Source: Gemmatales bacterium (lineage in GTDB: Bacteria > Planctomycetota > Planctomycetia > Gemmatales > HRBIN36). Taken from it: a DNA stretch of 64,000 nucleotides. The notes beneath the pieces were generated by a model that had not been told where the DNA came from, made no database searches, and was given only the letters and a program-made list of their open reading frames with translations. Where the stretch lies: the NCBI GenBank assembly GCA_041640595.1, contig JBEPZY010000001.1, positions 32,001 through 96,000 on the forward strand, given 5' to 3'. Made by a program: the position numbers and the translations under genes. Shown here in pieces: positions 27,243 through 37,890 of the stretch (position 1 is the stretch's first letter; each line of letters begins with the position of its first letter).

Positions 27243-28886
27243 TCAAATCGCGTGCAATAACCGTTGCCGTGCTTCAGCTTGCATCGTCTCGGCGTATTCG
27301 TGCGACCAGCCCAATTCACCCGCCATAAGCCGAACCACTTCCGGCAATGCTTGCAAGGCCGCTGCCGTATCCAGAAAGGCCAGGCGAATCCGCCGTGCCA
27401 GGAAATCCAGGGGCATGCGTGCCATTTCGTAGCGGGTCGCATGAATGACTTCCGCTCGCAAATAGGGCCAACCTTCCAGCAAGTGGCCGGGATAATCGCG
27501 ACACAAAGCCAGCACGCTACCTAGCTGGCTGCCATATTGCACCAGATGCGGCGCATGGGCGATCGTCTCGGCCAGCGATAAATCCTGGTGTTTGTGGACT
27601 GGCGGATGGGTCGGTTGATCACTGAACGAAGCGGCGTAGCCCAACGCGGGCGGTGCATAGAACGGTGGCTTCCATCGCCGCGTACGCCGCTTTGGCCAAC
27701 CGCGACTTTCCAACCAATCCATAAGTTCCTCGGACATGACGCGAAACGTCGTCCATTTGCCGCCCACCAGTGTCACCAGCCCACGCAATTCTTCGATACG
27801 GTGCTCACGAATCAGCTCGGCAGTGCTCTCCCCTTGGTGACGCAACAATGGCCGAATTCCCGACCAGCGTGCGGTAATGGTCATCGTCTCCACGCTGGGC
27901 AGGTAGGGCCGAACTTGCCGCAACAAGTATTCCACCTCGGCATCGCTGACAGCAGGATAATCCGCAGGCGGCACCGCAACATCAGTCGTGCCCAGCAGCC
28001 AGTGGCCGTACCACGGCAGCAAAAACACCACGCGGCCATCTTCGGTGTGGGGGATCAACAAGCCCCAGCGCCGCACCGGCAACGCTGCGGAGTTGTCAAC
28101 TTCCGCCCATACTCGGTTCGGTCGCAGTACCAGATGGGCGCCGGCACTGGTTTGCAGAATCGGCTCGGCATAAGGGTCGGCGAGTTGGCGAATGGCGTCC
28201 GCAAATGGCCCAGCGGCATTGACCACGAACCTGGCCGCCAGCGAGCGTGTTTCGCCGCTGAGGCGATCGCGAACCACGGCTCCGCAAACCCGGCCATGCC
28301 GTTGTTCCAGAGCAACGACTTCGACATGATTGACCGCCAACGCTCCCTCCGCCACTGCTGTGCGAATCAGTTCCCAGTTGAAACGGGCATCATCGAATTG
28401 ACCGTCTGGGAAAGCGACGCCTCCGGCCGATGCCTGCAAACCGGCAAACCACATTGCCAGCGCTTCGGCCGAAAGGTAACGCGGCCGGTGCAGGCGAGCC
28501 TTGCCCGCCAGCAAGTCGTACAGTTGCACGCCGGCAGAATAGTACCAGCGCTCTCGGGGATTGCGGCACGGCGTGATCAGCCACAGGGCATGGATGAGAT
28601 GCGGCGCCCATTGCAAAAGCCAGCGCCGTTCCTGCAAAGCCTCCGAAACCAGCCGCAGATGCCTTAGGTCGCCGCTGCGAAAAAACAACTCCAGATAGCG
28701 AATCCCGCCATGAATCAGCTTGGTCGAACGCGAGCTGGTTCCTTCGGAAAAATCGTAACGCTCTACGAGAGCCACCCGCCAACCGCGTCGCGCTGCCGAC
28801 AACGCTACCCCCGCTCCCGTCGCTCCACCTCCGATGACCAGCAGGTCAAACTCTCCTCGCAGGCGTTCCCAGAGTCGTTCGCGCAC
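27243..28886 (-). CDS. glpD: FAD-dependent glycerol-3-phosphate dehydrogenase
   Basis: IGGGATG, GTSSRSTKLIHGGIRYL, DGQFDDAR and GGKWTTFR; adjacent to glpK. Confidence 0.93.
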   Translation of the reverse strand: MRERLWERLRGEFDLLVIGGGATGAGVALSAARRGWRVALVERYDFSEGTSSRSTKLIHGGIRYLELFFRSGDLRHLRLVSEALQERRWLLQWAPHLIHALWLITPCRNPRERWYYSAGVQLYDLLAGKARLHRPRYLSAEALAMWFAGLQASAGGVAFPDGQFDDARFNWELIRTAVAEGALAVNHVEVVALEQRHGRVCGAVVRDRLSGETRSLAARFVVNAAGPFADAIRQLADPYAEPILQTSAGAHLVLRPNRVWAEVDNSAALPVRRWGLLIPHTEDGRVVFLLPWYGHWLLGTTDVAVPPADYPAVSDAEVEYLLRQVRPYLPSVETMTITARWSGIRPLLRHQGESTAELIREHRIEELRGLVTLVGGKWTTFRVMSEELMDWLESRGWPKRRTRRWKPPFYAPPALGYAASFSDQPTHPPVHKHQDLSLAETIAHAPHLVQYGSQLGSVLALCRDYPGHLLEGWPYLRAEVIHATRYEMARMPLDFLARRIRLAFLDTAAALQALPEVVRLMAGELGWSHEYAETMQAEARQRLLHAI

Positions 28887-29080
28887 CGCATTGTCCCATT
28901 GACATTTCGAATTGGACTACCGATCCAGCTTCGTTCACAAGCCCGTGAGCGGAGCCGTCAGTTTCTGGTGGAACGAAAAGTCCCTTGTGGGCCGATTGCC
29001 CTGCACATTTTTCGGAATCGCTGAAGTGTGATCCACAGCGCAGGATAGGCCCGCAAACATCTTACGCCCAACCAGGTCGC

Positions 29081-30586
29081 TCAATCGCTCAGCCAGTGGC
29101 GGGTGCGTTGAACGGCTTTTTTCCACCAGTGTCGCAGTTGTTCTCGCTGAGCGTGAGCCAGCTGCGGTTGCCATTGTTTATCGGCTTGCCAGAGTTGACG
29201 CAACTCCGCTTCATCACGCCAGAAGCCGACCGCCAGGCCGGCAGCAAATGCCGCACCTAAAACGGTTGTTTCCGTCACTCGCGGTCGAATAATCGGCACG
29301 CCGAGGATGTCGGCCTGGAATTGCATGAGCAGTTCGTTTTGCACCATGCCGCCATCCACTTTCAAGCACCGCAAGTCCATGCCCGCATCGGCTGACATGG
29401 CCTCCAGAACGTCGGCCGTCTGAAAGGCAGTGGCTTCGAGCACTGCCCGGGCCAGATGGCCTTTGTTGGCGTAACGTGTTAAACCTATTATCAGTCCTCG
29501 AGCCGATGCATCCCAGTACGGAGCGAACAAACCGGAAAATGCTGGCACGAAATACACGCCGCCGTTGTCCTGGACACTACGGGCCAGCGCTTCGATTTCC
29601 GCCGAACTGCCGATCAGACCCAGATTATCGCGTAACCACTGCACCAGTGCTCCCGCTATGGCAATTGAACCTTCCAGGGCATAAACGGGCGGATTGTGAC
29701 CAAAACGGTAGGCCACGGTCGTCAGTAATCCCTGCCGCGACATCAACGGTTGCGTGCCGGTATTGAGTAACACGAAACAGCCGGTGCCATAAGTGTTCTT
29801 AGCTTCGCCCGGACCAAAGGCGGTTTGCCCGACCAGAGCCGCCTGCTGATCGCCTAAATCGCCGGCGATCGGCACGCCAGCCAGTTCACCGGTCGCCTGG
29901 GCATACACTTCACTGCTGCTGCGAACCTGCGGCAGCATGACTCGGGGAATGTCCAGCACCCGCAGAATTTCGTCATCCCACTCCAGCGTGTGCAGATTGA
30001 AAAGCAGGGTTCGGCTGGCGTTAGTCACATCGGTAACATGGCAACCGTGTTTCGGTCCACCGCTGAGCTGCCAGATCAACCAGGTGTCCATCGTGCCGAA
30101 CAGCAATTCGCCTTGTTCGGCGGCGTGACGGTACTGCGGCAGGGCATCGAGTAACCAGCGGATTTTCGGCCCGGAAAAGTAAGTGGCCAGGGGCAATCCG
30201 GTTTGCGAGCGGAACCTGTCCGGTCCGCCCGATTGGGCCAGTTCACGCACTAGAGCATCGGTACGGGTGTCCTGCCAGACGATGGCCGGAGCGATCGGTT
30301 TCCCGGTGCTTCGCAGCCACAGAACCGTCGTTTCTCGCTGGTTGGTGATACCGATGGCCGCAATGTCTCCGGCAGTTGCCTGGGCTTGCAGTAACGCTTG
30401 CCGAATCACCTCCTGCGTGTTCTGCCAGATTTCCAGCGGATCATGCTCAACCCAACCGGGACGGGGAAAAATTTGCCGATGTTCTCGCCGAGCCAGTGCC
30501 ACGATTTGCCCGGCATGATCCACCAGCGCACAACGCGTGCTGGTGGTACCCTGATCGAGAGCAGCGATGTAGCGTGGTGCGGTCAT
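29081..30586 (-). CDS. glpK: Glycerol kinase
   Basis: [47 protein letters not shown] and VDGG. Confidence 0.97.
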   Translation of the reverse strand: MTAPRYIAALDQGTTSTRCALVDHAGQIVALARREHRQIFPRPGWVEHDPLEIWQNTQEVIRQALLQAQATAGDIAAIGITNQRETTVLWLRSTGKPIAPAIVWQDTRTDALVRELAQSGGPDRFRSQTGLPLATYFSGPKIRWLLDALPQYRHAAEQGELLFGTMDTWLIWQLSGGPKHGCHVTDVTNASRTLLFNLHTLEWDDEILRVLDIPRVMLPQVRSSSEVYAQATGELAGVPIAGDLGDQQAALVGQTAFGPGEAKNTYGTGCFVLLNTGTQPLMSRQGLLTTVAYRFGHNPPVYALEGSIAIAGALVQWLRDNLGLIGSSAEIEALARSVQDNGGVYFVPAFSGLFAPYWDASARGLIIGLTRYANKGHLARAVLEATAFQTADVLEAMSADAGMDLRCLKVDGGMVQNELLMQFQADILGVPIIRPRVTETTVLGAAFAAGLAVGFWRDEAELRQLWQADKQWQPQLAHAQREQLRHWWKKAVQRTRHWLSD

Positions 30587-33258
30587 TCTTTCAGAGCATA
30601 CAAAACTACTTGCGCGGCCAGGTCAAGGGCACTTTCATGCTTATAACCAACACAATCTCCGGCCGCATGTTTCTCCAGAGCGCAGCCGATATCGTAGGGG
30701 CTGTAGATGACGATCCAGCGACTGCGCGGGTCGTTGGGATTGAGACGGATGCCTTCCAGGCGTGGCTGCACGGGCACGTACGGTTTGCCTGGCTCCGTGC
30801 GACATAACAGCGTTTCAATCCGTTTGCCGATTTGCTCGCTGAAGAGTGGATCGTCCAGCGGAATCGGCTCGAGTTTGCGATCGGGAAACATTTTTTGCAT
30901 CATAGCTCGGAACGACTGATCGAAAGCTTTGCTGCCACAGCAGGCATCTGCCAGCAACAATCCGCCTGATTCGAGGTGCCGACGTAGATTGATGAGATGC
31001 GACGTCGGAATGTCGGCACCCGGTTCGTCACCGCTGGTGAATGCCCGACGTCCGTGCATATACAAGAACCGATAGGTAAACAGGTTCGGACTGCTCAGCG
31101 GAATCGGTCGGGTCTGGCGTATCACGTCCAGTTTGTATTCCTTGAGAAGATACGTGGTGAGATTGGTCATGGCTTTTGGTGCGGGCTGCCAGTCCCGGCC
31201 ATATTGAATCTGTGCCGCCTGGAAAACGTTGCGGAGAATCGGATCGGGTTGCTCGACCAGCACCTCGGGTGTGATTTCCTTCGGTGGGGGTAACTCCAGG
31301 CCAGTGGCGTAGGCGATAATGTTCGCGGCAGTGCGAAATGCCAGCTGGCCTTTGGGGCTATCCTGATCGTTGATGTTCAGGTAACAGCTCATGTCCTGGG
31401 GGGAGTAAATGAGATGCAATCGGCAGCCTTTACGCACTCCCTTCAGGCCGAATGAACCAGGCGGCACCTGGTAAAAGGCTGTCCAGACCGGGTCGCCTGG
31501 CCCCAGAGGTTCTAAAGTCGCATCATCCCCGAATATGTCGCGTATCAGTTGCGGCATGGCCTCGTCGAATTTCTTACTCCCACAACATGCCTCACAAAAG
31601 ATGAAGCCACCCTGTTCCACGAATTCTCGCAACAGCCGTTTTTCCCCGTCCGTGAATTGCGGATCGCGGTGGCCATTGAAGTAGGCGATCGGTGCCTGCA
31701 ATAGTGCGGCAACGGATTCTGGTCGGCCCGGATCGAGCCGGCTGCCGTCGAAAATCTGCCAGGTAACAGGCACAGGACGGCCGTCTTTTTTGAACAGATG
31801 CTGGCTGCAAAAGTCGGTCAGGTGCCGCAGGTCGTCCGGATCGTTGTTCCAATCGCCGACCAGGGAACGCCCCCAGCCTGGAATGACCGGCCCGTGCATG
31901 AGTTTGTGCACCAGCACCGGGGTTTTGCCTTTGGCCAGGAATAACAGAGCGAAGCTCGTCGCCAGCACCGGATCGCTGTCCAGTCCACCATCGCCTCCCC
32001 AGGAACCATTCGCCTTTTGCGACGCCAGTAACAGGCTTGCTCCTTCCCGATACCAGTCGTGCACGCCGTTTTGTCCGGCGAAGAACCGCAAACCCGACAA
32101 TCGTCCTACGCGCTCAATGCCGTAATAGTTGTAAAACGTCCACGGCCGCACATGGTAGGTAAACATGTGTCCTAACCGTATCAAACCCGCTTCCAGGCGT
32201 TTATCCACGGGTTGCTGACCACAATTCTCAAACGTTCCATCGCCCCGCGGCTTTTCCCAACTTTGACGCACCATTTGCCCGGTAATAAGCAGACCACTGA
32301 CTCCCGCCGCGGTCATAGTAATGGTTTCATTCTGGGGAACGTTTCCCGTGCTATAACCCCAACCGTTACCGACTGGATGCTGGTTGGCCAGATAGAAGTT
32401 TTGCACGAGCAGCCAGAACTGCGGCTCAATTTTCACTCCGCCATATACCTGGGCGTAATAAAGACCCAGAACGGCATACTGACTGTTGGAGTTATCGCCA
32501 CCGCCGGCTCCCAACCCGCCGGCTAGACCATACGACCACCCGCGCTGGGGATGGAAACTCTTTTTAAGCCAGTCCACATTACGGGCGATTAGCAGCCGAT
32601 CTTTTTCGGGCTCGGCACGGCTGAGCACCATGGTTTGCAATGCCACGACGTAAGTAGCACCTGGCGGCAGTTTGCGCAAATAGTCCAGGGCCTGCTGAAT
32701 CACTGGCGATTTGACGTCTTCACCTGCTTCGAGCAAGGCCAGCGTCGCCAGAGCCGTGTGCCCACCTTCCATCACACCCACAAGGCGAAGGACATCTCCA
32801 GCACCGCTCTCCCAGTTGCCGTTACGCTGTGCCTGCCGCAGGTATTGCATCGCTCGGTTGATGGCCTGCTCCACTTTTTGCGGTGTCAGAGCCTGCTGGC
32901 GATTCTGTGCCTGAACTGGTGCCGGGCCAATGTTCCCGCTATAGATTCCGCCCAGCAGGAAAATCGCCGAGATCGCCAAAGCCACCTGCCAGCATCGCGC
33001 CAACGTTAAACCGTAACCGCGAAGTTCGCGTGCGACCGACGATAGATTGTTCAGGAGACAATTCCCGTGGTTAGGTGGGAACGAACATGAATTCGCGGCC
33101 TTGTTGCACATAGCCCTAACCTCCTCAGAGGCCCCTCGTTTTCGGTCGCAGCACCGGTTGACCATCGCCGGCATGGTTGCCCTCCGTTGAAACCCGTAAC
33201 CTGCAGTGATAAGGTCAAACCGCCCCTGCTTTTCTCCATCCATTTTAGCAAACCACAC
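30583..33258 (-). CDS. Secreted protein: prenyltransferase/squalene-cyclase-like alpha-barrel + two DUF4159 domains
   Basis: QxxxGxW repeats, [18 protein letters not shown] and two GG(F/L)..(E/D)ACCG modules. The real start is probably downstream of 33258. The stop overlaps the glpK ATG. Confidence 0.75.
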   Translation of the reverse strand: MWFAKMDGEKQGRFDLITAGYGFQRRATMPAMVNRCCDRKRGASEEVRAMCNKAANSCSFPPNHGNCLLNNLSSVARELRGYGLTLARCWQVALAISAIFLLGGIYSGNIGPAPVQAQNRQQALTPQKVEQAINRAMQYLRQAQRNGNWESGAGDVLRLVGVMEGGHTALATLALLEAGEDVKSPVIQQALDYLRKLPPGATYVVALQTMVLSRAEPEKDRLLIARNVDWLKKSFHPQRGWSYGLAGGLGAGGGDNSNSQYAVLGLYYAQVYGGVKIEPQFWLLVQNFYLANQHPVGNGWGYSTGNVPQNETITMTAAGVSGLLITGQMVRQSWEKPRGDGTFENCGQQPVDKRLEAGLIRLGHMFTYHVRPWTFYNYYGIERVGRLSGLRFFAGQNGVHDWYREGASLLLASQKANGSWGGDGGLDSDPVLATSFALLFLAKGKTPVLVHKLMHGPVIPGWGRSLVGDWNNDPDDLRHLTDFCSQHLFKKDGRPVPVTWQIFDGSRLDPGRPESVAALLQAPIAYFNGHRDPQFTDGEKRLLREFVEQGGFIFCEACCGSKKFDEAMPQLIRDIFGDDATLEPLGPGDPVWTAFYQVPPGSFGLKGVRKGCRLHLIYSPQDMSCYLNINDQDSPKGQLAFRTAANIIAYATGLELPPPKEITPEVLVEQPDPILRNVFQAAQIQYGRDWQPAPKAMTNLTTYLLKEYKLDVIRQTRPIPLSSPNLFTYRFLYMHGRRAFTSGDEPGADIPTSHLINLRRHLESGGLLLADACCGSKAFDQSFRAMMQKMFPDRKLEPIPLDDPLFSEQIGKRIETLLCRTEPGKPYVPVQPRLEGIRLNPNDPRSRWIVIYSPYDIGCALEKHAAGDCVGYKHESALDLAAQVVLYALKE

Positions 33259-33312
33259 GGCGGATGCGATGGATCAGGCGGAATGCGGATGGGTTTTTTG
33301 TTTTCAGAAACA

Positions 33313-33341
33313 TTTGAAAATTCTTGCCATGCTGCTATAAT
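33313..33341 (+). promoter_or_regulatory. Sigma70-type promoter for mqnA-mqnC
   Basis: TTGAAA-16 nt-TATAAT with extended -10 TG; AGGAGG RBS downstream. Confidence 0.7.
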
Positions 33342-33369
33342 GGCCGTAGCATGGCAGGAGGGTTATCTC

Positions 33370-34224
33370 ATGCCCGGCTCGCTTCGCATTGGTGCTGTCG
33401 AATATCTCAACGCCAGGCCGCTTATCTGCAACTTACCCGACCTGTTGCCGGGCAGCCAGCTGGTTCTTGAAGTTCCTAGCCGGCTCGCCGACGATTTGGC
33501 GGCAGGGAAGCTCGACGTGGCCCTGATCCCGGTCATTGAATACTTTCGCGGTAGCAATTACCGTATCGTTCCCGGCATCGCTATTGTTTCCACCGGTGCC
33601 GTGCTGAGCGTCACCCTGTTCGCTCGCAAACCGCTGACAGAAATTGAAAGTGTGGCTCTGGATATTGGCTCCCGCACCAGCATCGCCTTGACTCAGATTC
33701 TGCTGCAAAAGCGATACCAGCTGTCGCCTCGCTGGTTGTCGCTCCCACTTGACCAACCAGCGGAAGAGACCGACGCGGATGCTGTGTTGCTCATTGGTGA
33801 TCGCGCCATGCGGGCTGCACTACCGGGCTTTCCTCACAGCTACGACCTGGGTCGAGAATGGCACGAATGGACAGGTTTGCCTTTCGTCTATGCTGTTTGG
33901 GCCGTTCGGAGCGGCGTTGCGACCCAGCCACTGCTTTCCGCGCTTCAGGAAGCCAAGCGTCGCGGTTTGGCTCGACTCGCAGTTATCGCCTGGGAGGAGT
34001 CTCGTCGGCTTGGTCTCGATCCCGCTTTCTGTCGCCGGTATCTGGATTCCGTGATCCGTTACGATCTGGGCAGGGCTGAACTGCGCGGCTTACGACGGTT
34101 CTACCAGCTTGCCTGCGAGGTCGGTCTGGCACCTCAGGGCGTTCCCATTCGCCTGGTACGCTCCGTTGCCAAAGGTCATAAGAAAGAACTTCACACCGCC
34201 TCTACAGGACAAAACCGAGCTTAG
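33370..34224 (+). CDS. mqnA: Chorismate dehydratase (futalosine pathway)
   Basis: IGAVEYLNARPL, GAVLSV, SRTS, LLIGDRA, DLG.EW..WTGLPFVYAVW. ATG 33370. Confidence 0.93.
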   Translation: MPGSLRIGAVEYLNARPLICNLPDLLPGSQLVLEVPSRLADDLAAGKLDVALIPVIEYFRGSNYRIVPGIAIVSTGAVLSVTLFARKPLTEIESVALDIGSRTSIALTQILLQKRYQLSPRWLSLPLDQPAEETDADAVLLIGDRAMRAALPGFPHSYDLGREWHEWTGLPFVYAVWAVRSGVATQPLLSALQEAKRRGLARLAVIAWEESRRLGLDPAFCRRYLDSVIRYDLGRAELRGLRRFYQLACEVGLAPQGVPIRLVRSVAKGHKKELHTASTGQNRA

Positions 34225-34235
34225 GAAATTCTCCT

Positions 34236-35375
34236 ATGCCCAGTACACTTCGCTACATTTTGGACAAAGCTGTCAATGGGGAGCGGCTCAGTCCCGAAGA
34301 AGGACTGCAATTGCTGCAATCGCATGACCTGTTAGCTCTCGGTCAGGCGGCGGATGCGGTCTGCCGGAGGCTTCATCCTGAACCTTATCGGACTTATAAC
34401 ATTGACCGCAACATCAACTACACAAATATTTGTGCCGCAGTTTGCGATTTCTGCGCCTTCTATCGCAAAAGCACCGACCCGGATGCTTATGTACTACCCC
34501 GCGAAGTGCTGTACCAGAAGATCGAAGAAACGATCGCTCTGGGTGGGGACCAGATTCTGCTGCAGGGCGGCTTACATCCTTCGCTGAAGCTGGAATGGTA
34601 TGAAGAACTGCTCCGCGACATCAAGAGCCGATTTCCCCAGATCAATATCCATGCGTTCAGCGCTCCGGAAATCTGGCACTTTCACAAAATCAACAAGATA
34701 CCCCTGCGCGAAGTTCTGCGTCGGCTTAAAGATGCAGGCATGGGGAGCTTACCGGGAGGCGGTGCGGAAATCCTTGTGGATCGCGTCCGTAAAGCCATTA
34801 CGGTGAATAAATGCCTCACCGACGAATGGCTCGAAGTGCACCGCGTCTGGCACGAACTGGGGGGCAAATCCACCTGTACCATGATGTTCGGTCATGTCGA
34901 AACTCTGGCTGAGCGGATTGAAACCCTGGAGCGGTTACGGCAACTGCAGGATGAAACCGGCGGATTCACCGCCTTTATCTGCTGGACCTTCCAGCCGGAA
35001 AATACCGAGCTGGCCTATATTCCTCCGGCCGGTGCTTTCGAATACCTGAAAACCCAGGCAGTAAGCCGACTCTATTTAGACAATATCAAGAACATTCAAT
35101 CCTCCTGGGTCACTCAAGGGCCCAAAATTGGGCAACTTGGCCTCTTATTCGGCGCCAATGATATGGGAAGTTTAATGATTGAGGAGAACGTCGTTGCTGC
35201 CGCTGGCACCATTTATTACCTCACCCTGGAAGAAATCAAGAACGCTATCCGCGAGATTGGTTATATTCCACGCCAGCGAAATGTCTTTTACGAATACGTG
35301 GACGCCGAACCGAACGAACCCATCCCATCCAGACCTTCGCCATATTCTACGCCGATTAGCCTTCCCGTTATTTAG
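34236..35375 (+). CDS. mqnC: Cyclic dehypoxanthinyl futalosine synthase (radical SAM)
   Basis: RNINYTNICAAVCDFCAF (CxxxCxxC), LQGG, PGGGAEIL, QSSWVTQG and GANDMGS..IEENVV; follows mqnA. Confidence 0.92.
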   Translation: MPSTLRYILDKAVNGERLSPEEGLQLLQSHDLLALGQAADAVCRRLHPEPYRTYNIDRNINYTNICAAVCDFCAFYRKSTDPDAYVLPREVLYQKIEETIALGGDQILLQGGLHPSLKLEWYEELLRDIKSRFPQINIHAFSAPEIWHFHKINKIPLREVLRRLKDAGMGSLPGGGAEILVDRVRKAITVNKCLTDEWLEVHRVWHELGGKSTCTMMFGHVETLAERIETLERLRQLQDETGGFTAFICWTFQPENTELAYIPPAGAFEYLKTQAVSRLYLDNIKNIQSSWVTQGPKIGQLGLLFGANDMGSLMIEENVVAAAGTIYYLTLEEIKNAIREIGYIPRQRNVFYEYVDAEPNEPIPSRPSPYSTPISLPVI

Positions 35376-35558
35376 ACAAATCTCATCATCTTGACGGCGT
35401 CGGTAGCGGCTACACTCAGAGTGAACCGGAAAGAGGTGAATAAGCCGCTTGGTTGATAAATTTTCGCCAGTTTCGCACGGCCAGAAAAATTCCCATCCGC
35501 TCAAGTTTGGCCTGGAGCTGTTCGACTACAACATTGACGCCGGTCAAGGAGGAAGCGC

Positions 35559-36074
35559 TTGGATAGTCCACCCAATCTCGGCTTTCTAACGGTGCTACAG
35601 GAGTCCACGGGCTGGATCGGCGCGCTTTTGGTCACCAATCACTGGGGCCGCCCTTATGAGTTTCATATCACCAGCCCGGTGCAACCGACGCGCATACAGC
35701 AGATTCTTTATGGCCCCACCTGGAAGACCTATATTTGTGCTGAGGTGCTGAGCAAGGCCTTGCTAAGCAAGGCCAGCCTGCCTCTCGACTTCGTCGTCAC
35801 CGACACGCCAGAGATACTTATTAGTGCGGCCCTGCCGGTCCCCGCGGTACTATTGGAAACTAATCCCCAAAACACGAGTGCAACCCCAGGCGTCGTTCTC
35901 ATTGCCAGCGAGTCCTGGCAGTTGCTCTTGCCACCTTCACAAGCCGGCCACGAACAACGGTTGCGCGACTTGTTAGCGAAACTAACTGGTTTCGACTTCG
36001 CCGAACCCTTTGATCGCTTGTGCGAGGCTATCCGCGAATCCCGGCGCTTGGGAGTTCTGAACCGTGCCGCTTAG
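35559..36074 (+). CDS. Hypothetical protein coupled to SNF2 helicase
   Basis: AGGAGG RBS before TTG; globular-looking LGFLTV..GALLVTNHWGRPYEFH..PVQP..QQILYG; overlaps the helicase ORF. Confidence 0.8.
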   Translation: MDSPPNLGFLTVLQESTGWIGALLVTNHWGRPYEFHITSPVQPTRIQQILYGPTWKTYICAEVLSKALLSKASLPLDFVVTDTPEILISAALPVPAVLLETNPQNTSATPGVVLIASESWQLLLPPSQAGHEQRLRDLLAKLTGFDFAEPFDRLCEAIRESRRLGVLNRAA

Positions 36075-37890
36075 TTCTAAACAGGCGACATCTTATCTCA
36101 TTGAAATGTGCCTGGCCGGCTATTCTTCACAAAACGAAAACCAGGCGAGCCAGGATATTCCAGTCGTTTCTAGCTTTCCACTTAGCGTATGCTGCCAGGT
36201 ACACACCTGGTATTTAGGTTCGCCAACTCCGCAACTATTTTCGCATGCCCCGGAAAGTCATACCGTTTGTCGCGTTCGGACAGTTCATGTGCCGGCTAGC
36301 ATACCACGTGTGAAATCGTACCGCTTTCCTCAGATCGAACGACCGGTAAGTCTCAATATGCACAACGACAGTGTCGAGGTTCAAACCTCGGCTAGGTTGC
36401 AAAGTCTGATTCATGAACGTACTGCACCTGCCAGGTCGAAACTGCCTGGAAGCTTAGTCTCAATGCAGGAGCGATTGTTTTACTTGTTACAGCCGCCGGT
36501 GCAAACTTTTTTCCGCGGGCGACAGTTACCGTTACCCGCCCGGCCGTTTCCTTATCAGTGGCAGGGAATCGCATTTTTGCTACCACGTAAATTCGCGCTG
36601 CTGGCTGACGAAATGGGCCTGGGCAAGACCATGCAAGCCATTCTCACGCTCCGCTTGCTTTATCATCTTGGCGAAATTAATAACGCCTTGATTATTTGTC
36701 CCAAGCCTTTAGTACCCAACTGGCTCCGCGAATTTCGCTTCTGGGCACCGGAAATTTCGGTCGAAGCAGTGGTCGGAGACTCCTCCCTGCGTTCTCTGCT
36801 GTGGGTGGGCCCGGCCATAGTAAAAGTTGCTAACTACGAGCTTCTACACCGTGATGCGGATTTCTTATCGCAACGAGGAGCCTCTTTCGACCTGGTAATC
36901 CTGGATGAAGCTCAACGCATCAAGAATGCCGAATCGAAAACTGCATCCCTGGTGCGCGAACTGCGCGGCCAGCGCAACTGGGCACTTAGCGGTACGCCCA
37001 TAGAAAATAGCATTACTGACCTTTACAGCATCTTTGAATTTCTGCAACCTAAGCTGCTTCAGCCTGATATGCCCGTTGCTCAGATCAAGGACTTACTTCG
37101 AGATTACGTCCTGCGAAGAACGAAAGAGCAGGCAGCACCAGATTTGCCTCCCAAACTGATCCGCGATGTAGCCATCGAACTGGGGGCCAGGCAGCGTGAA
37201 AGCTACGATCGGGCCGAACAGGAGGGCGTTATATTTCTCAAAAGCCTCGGAAGGCAGATCACTGTCAGGCATGTTTTTGAATTGATCATTCGTCTCAAGC
37301 AAATTTGTAATTTTGATCCCGCCAGTGGCGAAAGTGCCAAGTTGCAGCAACTATACTCCGACTTAGAGGAAGTTCTAGCAAGCGGGAGAAAAGCCCTGAT
37401 ATTCTCGCAATGGGTCGAACCACTCCAGCAGATTGCTGCAGAGTTCCGAGCGTGGAATCCCGTGCAATTTCATGGTAGTTTGCCCCCGGCGACCCGGCAG
37501 GCTAATCTGCATCGCTTTCAGGAAGACCCGGCTTGCCGGTTATTACTCCTCACTTATAGCAGTGGTGGCGTCGGGCTTAATTTGCAATGCGCGAACTATG
37601 TTTTTCTCTTTGATCGCTGGTGGAATCCAGCCGTTGAGGAACAGGCAATCAATCGTGTCCACCGCATCGGTCAGAAAGAACCGGTTTTCGTTACTCGGTA
37701 TTTAGTGCCGGATACCATTGAATCTCGCATTCAGGAAATCCTCGATCGTAAACGGCAACTTTTTCAAGAGGTGATCGGCGATCAGCTGGGGCCTGCATCA
37801 CTAGGCTTATCGCATGAGGAGTTGTTCGGACTATTCGACCTGCCATTGCCAGATCAACACGTTCAATCTATTGAACGATGCGCAGCTTAG
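36064..37890 (+). CDS. SNF2-family helicase/ATPase
   Basis: LADEMGLGKT, DEAQRIKN, SGTPIEN, LKQICN, GVGLNL and DRWWNPAVEEQAINRVHRIGQ. Start uncertain. Confidence 0.93.
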   Translation: MPLSSKQATSYLIEMCLAGYSSQNENQASQDIPVVSSFPLSVCCQVHTWYLGSPTPQLFSHAPESHTVCRVRTVHVPASIPRVKSYRFPQIERPVSLNMHNDSVEVQTSARLQSLIHERTAPARSKLPGSLVSMQERLFYLLQPPVQTFFRGRQLPLPARPFPYQWQGIAFLLPRKFALLADEMGLGKTMQAILTLRLLYHLGEINNALIICPKPLVPNWLREFRFWAPEISVEAVVGDSSLRSLLWVGPAIVKVANYELLHRDADFLSQRGASFDLVILDEAQRIKNAESKTASLVRELRGQRNWALSGTPIENSITDLYSIFEFLQPKLLQPDMPVAQIKDLLRDYVLRRTKEQAAPDLPPKLIRDVAIELGARQRESYDRAEQEGVIFLKSLGRQITVRHVFELIIRLKQICNFDPASGESAKLQQLYSDLEEVLASGRKALIFSQWVEPLQQIAAEFRAWNPVQFHGSLPPATRQANLHRFQEDPACRLLLLTYSSGGVGLNLQCANYVFLFDRWWNPAVEEQAINRVHRIGQKEPVFVTRYLVPDTIESRIQEILDRKRQLFQEVIGDQLGPASLGLSHEELFGLFDLPLPDQHVQSIERCAA

